From Epiperipatus broadwayi (taxonomy: Eukaryota; Animalia; Onychophora), in contig JAQFVV010000005.1 of NCBI GenBank assembly GCA_028023455.1, forward strand, positions 14,136,001 through 14,200,000: a stretch of DNA of 64,000 nt, written 5' to 3'. Below are positions 1-10,469 of the stretch, piece by piece; position 1 is the first letter of the stretch, and the number at the start of each line of letters is the position of its first letter. The notes beneath the pieces are model-generated. The model did no database searches, had not been told where the DNA came from, and saw only the letters and a program-made list of their open reading frames with translations. A program made the position numbers and the translations under genes.

Positions 1-3000
1 TGCAGTTATTGTATGGAGAATCTTCTAGAAACTTGTTTACATATTTTCTTTACGAATCAATAATTTCAAATTCACATTTTTGATAGACAATGGTTCACTT
101 TCATTTCAAGCTTTCTTCAGCAAGTTTTATTCTAATTTGGAAAAGATTCCATGCTTAAACAACTAATTTCCACAACTTGCTAATGGAACCTTACTAAAAG
201 AAAATCCATTTGTATTTTTTTATATTACTATCACATATTAAGTAATTACAAAATTTAAAATATGCATATAATATATAAAAAAAATTTTTATTAAGAAATC
301 AGGAATTTTTTAATGAATTATTTTTTTATATGTGATATAAATCTAAATAAACAAGTACACAGACACACTAGTTAATGCAATATGTAAGTATTAAAATAAA
401 ACTATATATCAATAAATTTTCAAATATTTAAACTTATAGTATCAATTTATAATTTATTTCTTCTTCTCTTTAGCTAATTTTCTGTTATGCCTGCCTTCAT
501 ATATAATATTTCTTTCTAAATGATATTGTTACCATGAAATCACGCTACTATTATTAAATGATTATTTCACTATTTATATATAGAGGTAAAAATGATAAAA
601 ATATTATTGCTATTTTTAGTAATGGAATATAAGACTATATTTTGCATCAAGAATTTGTTTTGTCTATTGGATGGAGTTATATAACATCTGAATGATTGTT
701 TATTAGCATATTATGCCAATTCTTGTAGAGAATACATCTTGTTTAGATAAGTCATTCAAGATCAGTCTTTTGAATGATTCAGAATTCTCTACAGAACCTT
801 AGCAATACATTATTTAGGAATCCTGCGAGATGGTAATATTCATATATTTTCCAGACCAACTGAGTTTGATTATCTTGAAATATGACATGACAGAGTCATC
901 TTTAAACCAAGAAATGAACCTAATAGGCTCTAAATAGTTTAATCACAAACTTCATTTGTGATATGTACAGACAGTGTTAATGGACCATGATATGCTGATC
1001 AAGTCATGACAATGTTATTGTTTTTTACAACTGAAGGAAAGCATTGTGTTTAATGTACTTTTTTTGGAGACATCATGCATAAATTCATTAGTTAGATGAT
1101 GTATAACAGGATTTGTGTAAACATACAATATGTTTTTAGATGCATTGGTTAGCTAGATTGTATTTGTGATATTATTTACTTCTGCATCAGAATTTCCAAT
1201 ATAAAACAGTAGCTTGAAATAACAGTTTGGGCACAGACTTTCTATTGGTGAAGTTCATGCCAGATTATTTTAAAAGATACTGACATGTATTAAAAGCTGA
1301 TCTCTATATTGAGTTGTTCTGCTAGTTTCTGGTTATTCTCATTCACAATATTTTTTGTTTTCTTTCAGTAAACATTGATTTCTGTCCACAGTTGGTCCCT
1401 GCAGATCTCATTCCTCTATTTTTAGTTAATGTTCTCATCTTACAGATCACCATTCTTAAAATATTCTAATAATTTGGCAGATTGAAACTCTGTGATCTAG
1501 CTCAATGATTCCCAAACCATTCTACAACAGTAGTATTCTGAAAGATATAAACAAACAGTTCATGACAAATTATGAGAATTAATGTGATTTATATTTTAAA
1601 TTTTTATAAGATTAACTGTTCTCACTAAAACTGATTTTTTTCAAGTTTATTTGAAAATATAGTTAATTGTTCTGATATATTTTAAAGGTATTACATTTGT
1701 GAATACAACTATAATTTTTATATTTCTTCATTAAATAAACATTTGCGCATCAGTATTTTTTTTCCAAATAAGCAGAAATTAAAATAAATATTTCCATATG
1801 AATAATGAAGTATTATTTAATGAGAAACTTTCAGTAATTTAACCCATTTTAAATTCAGGTTTAACATTAATGTCTGTTTGATACTTGTTATTATTTCTAG
1901 GATTTATCTGTAAAATATATATATATTACATTGATTTGTATTTTTGTTTGCTTTATGTGATATCACAAATATAGTGTTTTTTATGATAGATGGTTTTGTT
2001 ATTTTATTATATGGCTGAAGAGTTTGATGTTTATCTTGAGAGTAATGTTAATTTATTTAAACTATGTTAAGAGCAGACAGTAAAGTCTATTATAGCAAAG
2101 GCTTCTAGAACTAAACACTTTTTCTCACTAGATTAAATTTATGTAATAAATATGTAAAATAATCACTAGAATGATAGAGATCTTTGTCACATAGAAAAAT
2201 TAATTAATGTTGTAAAAAATTTTATTTTTCAAAACAAAAAAGTTGTAAAACTGTCAACAAACAAAAATATGAAGATAAATGCCATTTGCTGATATAATGC
2301 TTTCATGAGCAAGATATTTCAGAATCTATCCAAAACCTGATTATCACTATGAAACATTTTCTAAGAGAGAAAATGAAAATAAAATATTTTATTAGCTTAT
2401 GGTTGTTTTTAATGCAGTTCATTTTAATTTTCACTATGTGGCAGTAAGAACATCTATAGCTTCTAATAAAAAAAATCATAAGAACAAGCTCTAAATACAA
2501 CTGTCAATTAACAAAAATATTGTATTGAACATTTATTGTTATAGGATGATTATACATATCACAAAATATTTTATAGCCTTTTTTAAAATCTTAATGATGC
2601 AATCAAAAAAAATCACAGGAAGAAAGTGTAAATTCCTTTTGCTTTTAGTATCAAGACAAAAGTAACAAGCAGAAAAAAAAAAATCTTCAAATAATATGGT
2701 TAAACCTATGTTTTGTGAATTTTTATTCAACTAAGATTGTTTACATTTTTAACTTATGCCTTTAACAGTTTTAGTTTTCATTAAAATTAAAATGAACAAC
2801 AATTAATTTTACATTACATTTTTTTCCTGTTTTAATAGTTACTTTAGATAGATGATGTATCTAGAACAATTATCCCTAAATACTTTCTGGAACCAATTAT
2901 AATTAATTCATTGTAGCAGACCCATTATATTTCTTTCAATTTTTATGGGAAATTTATTTACAATTAGAAAAACATAATACATAATATATTGAGTCTACTC

Positions 3001-3046
3001 AGACTGATGTTGATGTTACAATGGTTCTTTCTTCTTTTTTTTTTAG

Positions 3047-3123
3047 GTTACAGGGAATTATCTCTGGAAAATTAATTTCAAGACCATGATTATTAAGCAA
3101 AAATTTTGGCTACATCAATTATT
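3047..3123 (+). other. Probable 5' non-coding exon of ZNF gene A
   Basis: Poly-T+AG acceptor at 3045-3046, GTAAGT donor at 3124, 64-nt intron ending TTTTTAG at 3187. Both sites are conserved in copy B (exon 31443-31519). Confidence 0.55.
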
Positions 3124-3309
3124 GTAAGTGAATCTTTTGTATAGAGTAGGTTTCGCTGCTTACTGACTATTTCTAATGTATTTTTAGGATTGAAAGCTGT
3201 TGGAAAAATTTCTTTAGTAACGCTAAAACAAATTTATAATGAATGATTGATTTGTCTACTTATTTCAGTGTTTTTAAAATAAAAAGTTTTCAGAAAAATA
3301 ATTTTAATG

Positions 3310-4464
3310 CCAATTGTGCAATTATATACCCAATGTAAAAGATTGTTTGAAACAATTCAAAGAAATACTGCTAAAAAGCCTTTCCAGTGCAGTTATAAAA
3401 CTGTTTAGGAAAAGGATTTTAAAATATATTAAAAGATTCTTACAGAGGGAAAATCTTCACTTGATTGATGACAAAGCTGATTTTTTAAAAATAAATTTTA
3501 AAAATACAGAAAATGTATTATTGTTGAAAAAAAATTTTTAAGGGCACTTGTAAGATTGCCAAAAAGTTAACTCAGAAGAGAAAATTATTCATTTAGATGG
3601 AAAACTTTAACTGAATTATGTGTAAAAAGCTACCCAAAAATTGACTTTAAAATCTATCGCTCATTATGATAATTTTTTGTGTGGAGTAGGACTTACTATT
3701 TTTTGATTATTCCTAATGCATTTGTAAAATGGGAAAGCCTTTGGATAACTTTCATGGAAATAAATTCATAAAAAATGATTTATTTTTTTATTGCAGAGTT
3801 TTTAAAATGAATAAAGGACATTTTATTAGAAAGTACATCTCACTGTAACTTACAGGTATACATAGTTTTTATGAAAAATAATTTAAAGTTCATGAAGAAT
3901 TTCTTGCTAGATAAAAATCTTTCAACATTTTTGAGTGTGACTACAACACTGCTAAAAAATAATTTTAAAATATATGAAAGAATTTTGTGGAGAAAAATAA
4001 ACCAAGAATACTTTAAATGATTTCAGTACTTGTAAACTACGTTATTTTAAAAAAAGTCAATGAATCACGCCGGACAAAAACCTTCCAATTGTTCTTGTTG
4101 ACTACAAGACTGTTCAAAAAGTAATTGAAAGACATGGGAGAATTCGCAGTAAACAAAAATCTTTATATATATATTTGTGTGATTTCAAGACTTATATAAA
4201 CTAATTTAAAAATGCATGAAAAAATTCATATAAGAAAATTTTTTTTACATAGTGTGATTTTGAAACTTAATAAATGTTATTTAAAAATGCATGACATATC
4301 ATCATATTGGAGAAAAATCTTTTCAATGCAGCTTTGGTGATTTCAAGACAATTTATAAATATTATTTAAAAATACATGAAATAAATCATTCAGATGAAAA
4401 ACCTTTCCAGTGTAATTTATGATATGTTAAGACTGCTGCATAAAATTTATTCAAAATACCTGAA
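3310..4464 (+). pseudogene. Decayed C2H2 finger array upstream of ZNF ORF A
   Basis: Finger/linker relics (CNYIPNVKDCLK, AAAAGCCTTTCCAGTGC, GAAAAACCTTTCCAGTGT) with frameshifts and in-frame TGA/TAA stops just before 4465. Confidence 0.8.
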
Positions 4465-5676
4465 ATGAACCATACAGGAGAAAAACCTTTCAAATGCAGT
4501 TTGTGTAATTATAAAACTAACAGGAAAAGTTCATTAAAAAGACATGAAATAATACATACAGGAGAAAAACCGTTTCAGTGCAGTTTGTGCAATTATAAAA
4601 CTGGATGGAAAGACCAATTAAAAAAGCATGAAAGAATTCATATTCGAGAAAAGCCTTTCCAGTGCCCCTGGTGCAGTTACAGAACATCTTCAAAAGACAC
4701 ATTAAAAAGCCACAAAAGAACTCATACAGGAGAAAATCCGTTTGAGTGTGCCTGGTGCCCCTATAAGACATATGTAAAAGAAACATTAATTAGACATGAA
4801 AGGACACACACGGGAGAAAAACCTTTTCAGTGCTCCTGGTGCAATTATAGAACATCTGTCAAGCAAAGTTTAAAAACTCATGAAAGAAATCACACTGGGG
4901 AAAAAACTTTTCAGTGCAGATTTTGCAGTTATAATACATCTACAAAAAGTTATTTTAAAATACATGAAAGTCATCATACTGGAGTAAAACCTTTCAAATG
5001 TAGTACATGTGATTATAAGACTGCTAATAAATACTATTTAAAAAGACATGAACGGAATCATATTTTAAGAAAATATTACCAATGTAGTTTGGGCAATTAT
5101 AAGAATGTTAAAGAAAGCTGTTTAAAAGCACATGAGAGGCTTCATACTGGTGAAAAAGTTTTCATCTGCAACTTCTGTGGTTATAATGCACCTTCGAAAA
5201 AAAGTTTAACATTACATAAAAGAATTCATGGTGAAAAAAAGTATTTTCATTGCAAACTGTGTAATTACAACACTACTATAAAAAGTCTTTTAAAAATTCA
5301 TGAAGTAGGTCATACTAGCACAAACACTTTTTTATGCAGCTTCTGCAATTATAGCACTGCTTCACAATATCTTTTTCAAAGACATGAAAAAAATCATATG
5401 AGGAAATATATAATCCATTGTAATTTATGTGATTTCAAAACTATGTCTGAAGATAATCTGACAGAACATATAAATAATGTCCATATGACTCATTTTCTAT
5501 TGCAATTAGATTTTAATAAAGTAAAAAAATCCACCAAAGTTTATCAGAAAAATACTGAAATGCTTAAATGTTGTTTATGTGATTATAAAGTTTCGGAGAG
5601 ATGTGTTTTAAACTATCATGAAGCAAGTCATTTTACTGACCAAGATACCATTGAGATTCTTATACAGTTTTGTTAA
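4465..5676 (+). CDS. Tandem C2H2 zinc-finger protein, paralogue A (~13 fingers; finger 8 has a C->G loss)
   Basis: 403-aa ORF with repeated CxxC-x12-HxxxH and TGEKPF linkers. No KRAB/ZAD/BTB domain is visible. Confidence 0.9.
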   Translation: MNHTGEKPFKCSLCNYKTNRKSSLKRHEIIHTGEKPFQCSLCNYKTGWKDQLKKHERIHIREKPFQCPWCSYRTSSKDTLKSHKRTHTGENPFECAWCPYKTYVKETLIRHERTHTGEKPFQCSWCNYRTSVKQSLKTHERNHTGEKTFQCRFCSYNTSTKSYFKIHESHHTGVKPFKCSTCDYKTANKYYLKRHERNHILRKYYQCSLGNYKNVKESCLKAHERLHTGEKVFICNFCGYNAPSKKSLTLHKRIHGEKKYFHCKLCNYNTTIKSLLKIHEVGHTSTNTFLCSFCNYSTASQYLFQRHEKNHMRKYIIHCNLCDFKTMSEDNLTEHINNVHMTHFLLQLDFNKVKKSTKVYQKNTEMLKCCLCDYKVSERCVLNYHEASHFTDQDTIEILIQFC

Positions 5677-6018
5677 TTTTTAAAATATTCAAAATCTAGT
5701 GAATAAAAGTTAGATTTTAATTTAAATGCATTCTGAATGTGGTCTTAAAACAACTTGAATATTAAAACTATAAATTATTCTAGCATTGCTTAGCATTTGT
5801 TAGACAAAAAAGAGAAATGTATAAGGTAATGAAAATTTATTTGAAACCTTAGAAAATAATTTTAAACAGAATTAAATGAAACTGATAAGTTAGGGATCCA
5901 TTAATCATGATTCTGAAGATAATAAATAGCAACAAAATTACAATTACTATGTATAAAAAATTATTATATATAGAGTAAGTTAAAAACAAACTCTTATGAA
6001 GCTTCAAAAATACCCTCA

Positions 6019-6060
6019 ACCTCAGACCGCGGTTTCTGCCTCTAGCGTCATCAGTGAGGT
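6019..6060 (-). ncRNA. Type I hammerhead ribozyme, family 1
   Basis: Sense ACCTCA CTGATGA C-GC-TAGAG-GC-A GAAA CCGCGG TC TGAGGT: 6-bp stem I, intact core, palindromic ACCGCGGT stem III, GUC triplet. Confidence 0.88.
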
Positions 6061-6532
6061 GCTAGGGAATAAAAATACTAGAACTAGTCCAGCATTTTAT
6101 CAATGCCTAACTATTGAGAAGAAAATCTGAAACCTTCAGACATTTAAATGTCCAAAAATCCAGCTATCTAACTCAAATAGCCGTATGTGACTGAACTAAG
6201 TTCAGATACATCATATATTAATAGCTCTAGCAATATAAAATCGCCAAAGCATTAATAGCAAAAAACTAAAATTAAATTGATAAAAAATCAAGTCAGATGA
6301 CCTAATTTTAATAAAGCTCCTATTTACAAATGTTATATATAGAGTAAGTTAAAAACAAACTCTTATGAAGCTTCAAAAATACCCTCAACCTCAGACCGCG
6401 GTTCACATACTGCTATTTGAGTTAGATAGCTGGATTTTTGGACATTTAGATGTCTGAAGGTTTCAGATTTTCTTCTCAATAGTTAGGCATTGATAAAATG
6501 CTGGACTAGTTCTAGTATTTTTATTCCCTAGC

Positions 6533-6574
6533 ACCTCACTGATGACACTAGAGGCAGAAACCGCGGTCTGAGGT
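6533..6574 (+). ncRNA. Type I hammerhead ribozyme, family 1 (inverted arm)
   Basis: ACCTCA CTGATGA CACTAGAGGCA GAAA CCGCGG TC TGAGGT; one CpG-type change weakens stem II. Confidence 0.85.
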
Positions 6575-6904
6575 TGAGGGTATTTTTGAAGCTTCATAAG
6601 AGTTTGTTTTTAACTTACTCTATATATAACATTTGTAAATAGGAGCTTTATTAAAATTAGGTCATATGACTTGATTTTTTATCAATAAAAAATTATGTAT
6701 TTTTTCTTTTTATTTTGTTTTAAAAATAAATAATACTGTTTATTAAAATAAATACATCATTACATTCATTCATTTAATATAAATGAAAATATATTTATAC
6801 AAATGTCATTTTTCTTCTACTAAGTCCTAGTTACACTTTTATGTAGAAGAAATTTTGTATAACATTTTATATATTTATATGCAATTTTAAACATAATGTA
6901 AAAT

Positions 6905-8159
6905 GGTAGTTGTTTTGTGGACATCCACGCCATGGGATGTCGCGATTTATTTACTAAAACACATAAAAATGCCGTTTACATGGCCGACATTTTGCAGCCG
7001 TGTTTACGTGTAATTCAACAATTCTGCTGTACTACACATTACAGACTGCTTTATTGCATCGCAATAAATTATTTATTCTGAATCACACACTTCACACTTT
7101 TTTAGGGTGTAGTGTGAGGGTGTGGTTAATTCAAATAATGAAATGTTCTTATTTTTAATTTAATTTTTATTTTATATTTATTGAAATCACGCAATTGAAA
7201 TATTTGATAATTAACGGGCTGTTTAGACACTTCTGTATTGAAATTTTAATGTACAAAACATTGTCCAAGGGTATGTTTGAGCATAGTCGTAATTAGTTAA
7301 CGCGTCAAGTAGCGTTGACTCGAGAATCTCCACGAGAAAATGTTATTTTTAAACCTTTCTAAACTTGTTTATCTTTATAGCAAAAAAAAAAAAAATTCAT
7401 AAAAACTTATTTTTGTCAATGTTAGTTTTTAAAGAAATAAATCGGCACAAGTCAAAAATTTTTTTTTTTTCTTTAAAACCAAAAAAAAAAATGTTATTAA
7501 ACTCAGTCAAAAATGTTATTTTTACAAATAAAAAAAGTGTCATAAGTTTAAAAAAAAAGTCTAAGTTTAACTTTAAAAAAAAAAAAAGCTATGTGTGATT
7601 TATTTGTCTTTAAACCTGTGTTACTTCATAATTTTATGGATGATATTTTTTTAAAAAAGCGGCAATACAAAAAAAAGGCCAACTAAATTTTGAGTTTGTT
7701 TATGTTCTTTAATTGTGTACAAAAGACTGTAACTTCATCATTTTTTTGAAGTTACTTTTTTAAAAAAGCCGAAAGCACAAATGTAACAATATACCGTAGA
7801 ATTTATACAATATGTTGATACAAAACACTATAACTTCATCATTATTTTGAAGTTCCTTTTAAAAAAAAGACAAAAGACAAAACAAATGTAACAATATTCC
7901 GTAGAATTTTTACAATATGTTGATTTTATTTTATATTTATTTATTTGTTGATGTTAATAAAAATAAATGTTTACAAAAAATGAAATAAAATTTGTTAGTT
8001 TATTTTTAAATAAAAAAAAAATCAAAAACAATTAATTCAAAAACCAGCAATTCAAATTAAAAAAAAAAAAAGGCCTGGGAATGTTCATAATGTATATATA
8101 TTATTTCAAAAAAAAAAAAAACGACATCCTGTGGCGTGGATATCAACAAAACAACTACC
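6905..8159. mobile_element. Non-autonomous TIR DNA transposon (~1.25 kb)
   Basis: ~38-bp imperfect TIRs GGTAGTTGTTTTGTGGACATCCACGCCATGGGATGTCG / CGACATCCTGTGGCGTGGATATCAACAAAACAACTACC, with AT on both flanks. No ORF. Contains an internal ~100-bp duplication (7723-7923). Absent from copy B. Confidence 0.8.
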
Positions 8160-9122
8160 ATTAGATATCATATATTTTTTTTTATATACTATTTTTTTTT
8201 CCCCTCTTTAATATATATTTTTAATTTGTTTTTTACTTGCCTATAATGTTGTAAGCTTCTTAATTCAATACATAAATTATTAAATAATTTACAATATTTC
8301 GAAACCATGCATTTATCTGTTTTCTTTTAGACACATTTCAAATTGTTTTATGTAAAGTTTTGTCAAAAAAAATTTTTTCTAAAATTGTATAATTAAGGTG
8401 ATTGAATAATAAAATATTATTTTTGTATCCACCTTTTTCTTTTTAAATGCTTTTATTGCAGTTGAAATTTATGTTTGTTTGTTTATGTGTTAGCTTGTTA
8501 GAGGGCAGTATAAAGATTTTTTAAAATTGATGTTCAACATAATTTGTTGAAATTTTATACATTTGTGTAAAATGTCTATAAAAATGATAGGACACATTAA
8601 TTTTTTAAGTAGATGACCTATTTCTTAGAGTTATAAAAAGTATAGATTAACTTACTGGAGAAATTTCTAGTAATATATACACACTATATGTGTGGAATTG
8701 CTGTAAAGTAAAATTATATGTATTAAATATAGTTCATTTACAATATAGTTTTCATAAGCATTTTTTAAAAAAATATAAAATTTCCAAAGTAAAAATGTTA
8801 AACACTTTTCATTTAAAAAAATATTTATATTTTTATTAATCACTTATATACACATATATTATTATCATTAAAAACCAGTCAACTTAGAAAATCTCAATAT
8901 CAATAACAAACAATTTTCAAAGTGTTGTCAAGGCAACCTTTTAACAATAAAAGTGGAATCCCATCCTTATTATGTGAACATACAAAATATGTAATATTTA
9001 AATATAAGTATTGTATATGCTAGATGTAATTAGAGAGAATTTGAACTCAGATTTTCAAGCTCCCTACAGTTATCCACTCCATCTTATATAACTGATACAC
9101 ATGTGAAAAGGATAAATGATCT

Positions 9123-9164
9123 CCAATATACATATTTCATGCTGAACCAACACTCATCAGTTGG
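9123..9164 (-). ncRNA. Type I hammerhead motif, family 3
   Basis: Sense CCAA CTGATGA GTGTTG-GTT-CAGCAT GAAA TATGTA TA TTGG: stem I CCAA/TTGG, stem II with G.U pairs, near-palindromic stem III (consensus ATACGTAT). Confidence 0.8.
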
Positions 9165-9441
9165 TCTGGATTACCATCTTCTACATCTATATACAATCAG
9201 GTCTCAGTTTATATTAAGATAGCAAATCTTCAAACTTTAATGGACAGGCTTCAGTCTTCTCCACTCTCCAACTCTTCAGTCATCTATATCATTGAGAATC
9301 TGATGATGGTTGGTTCAAAGCTCTTGTTTGCCAATTTTGTTGTCATATCCATGCTGACTGTAAGCCAGTCTGACTCCTAATATGTAGGACATTAAGTCCA
9401 TTTAAATACACAGAAGAGGAATAAGCATAATACAGGCTGAA

Positions 9442-9483
9442 TCACCTGATGAGTTCTGATTCAGCATGAAATATGTATATTTG
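9442..9483 (+). ncRNA. Hammerhead motif, family 3 (5' strand of stem I lost at the inversion junction)
   Basis: CTGATGA GTTCTGATTCAGCAT GAAA TATGTA TA TTTG. Confidence 0.6.
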
Positions 9484-9901
9484 AGATCATTTATCTTTCT
9501 CACATGTATGTTGGCATTTGTATCACTTGTATAAGATAGAGTGGATGACAAGTTAACTTGCTAGTTTGGGTTCAAATCCTTCTGATTATATCAAGCTTAA
9601 TTATCTATAGTATACTGTATTTAAAACTTACAGATTCAAACTATTCTTCCCATCCCTCTTTTATGTACTTAAATGATTTTAAAATCCTATATATGAGGGA
9701 TCAGAATGACTTATGGTCAACATGGGTTATGACAATAAAATTGGCAAACAAAAGATTTGAATATGCCATCATCAGATTTTCAATGATATGGATGGCAGAT
9801 GAGATGGAGAAGATTGAAGCCTGTCAATTAAAGTTTGAAGATTTGTTATCCTAATGTAAACTGAGCACTGATTATACACCTGGTGAAGATGATGATCTGG
9901 A

Positions 9902-9943
9902 CTAACTGACGAATCCTGGCTTAGTATGAAATACGTATATTGG
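9902..9943 (+). ncRNA. Hammerhead motif, family 3 (degenerate stem II)
   Basis: CTAA CTGACGA ATCCTGGCTTAGTAT GAAA TACGTA TA TTGG. Confidence 0.6.
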
Positions 9944-10469
9944 AGACCATTTATCTTTTTTACATGTATGTGGTCATGTGTATCGATTTTATAAGATGGA
10001 GTGTATGACTAAAAATGCTTGAATGTTTGAGTTCAAATCCCCTTTAATTGCATACTAAATATAATAAATAGATAAAGGGTATACATTTTAATGTATAACA
10101 GAAATGTATATCAACTATAAGTGACCAATTAATTTAAAATACGATATAGTTTTTCATTTACAGTGCCATTGCTAAAAAATAATAGATAATTTTTTTATAT
10201 ATTAAATGCTTTTATTGACCGAGCACTAAAAATAAAATTGTTTCTTTAAGCACAAGTGTGTTTTTTAGATTTAATTTGAAATACTATTGACTTCATGATT
10301 TTGAATATAAAAAGAAAATCTTTTGACAATAAGATTTAATAGAAATTATGTTAATATTCAAAAATTAAACAATTTACAAATAGTTTAACAATATTCGTAT
10401 ATGAAAGCACTTATTTATAATAATATAGTTTAAAATCACTATTATCATTTGAAGTTATTATCGATCCAC

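Larger units (their letters stand above)
5965..6684. mobile_element. Non-coding HHR element family 1: 369-bp unit, ~1.2 tandem units plus an inverted partial unit (retrozyme/mini-PLE-like)
   Basis: Period 369 (TAGAGTAAG at 5971 and 6340); 6404-6684 is the reverse complement of the permuted unit. Flanked by the direct repeat ATAAAAAATTAT (5953-5964, 6685-6696). Absent from copy B (~34351). Confidence 0.9.
9005..10075. mobile_element. Non-coding HHR element family 3: ~460-bp unit, inverted arm plus ~1.3 tandem units
   Basis: HHR cores at 9446 and 9906 (period 460); 9005-9445 is a diverged reverse complement of the unit. Outer boundaries are approximate. Confidence 0.8.

Noticed and set aside
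850-890. CCAGACCAACTGAGTTTGATTATCTTGAAATATG, resembling family 3 (also ~29235)
   Set aside because: Core TGA is deleted and stem II is lost; at most an ancient relic, too degenerate to call.
2303-2730. Short AT-rich ORFs here and most other 60-100-aa ORFs in the track
   Set aside because: Low-complexity F/I/K/N/Y composition expected by chance; frames are not conserved in the duplicate copy where one exists.
4517-4786. Antisense ORFs over the zinc-finger genes (also 32917-33321, 41457-41666)
   Set aside because: Shadow frames of repetitive finger codons.
6114-6140. TTGAGAA...GAAACC on the strand opposite the family-1 HHR (possible ambisense ribozyme)
   Set aside because: No stem I pairing and no palindromic or closed stem III could be built.
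9558-9854. 98-aa ORF inside the family-3 unit
   Set aside because: TTG start; the frame is not maintained in the inverted copy; no recognisable domain.
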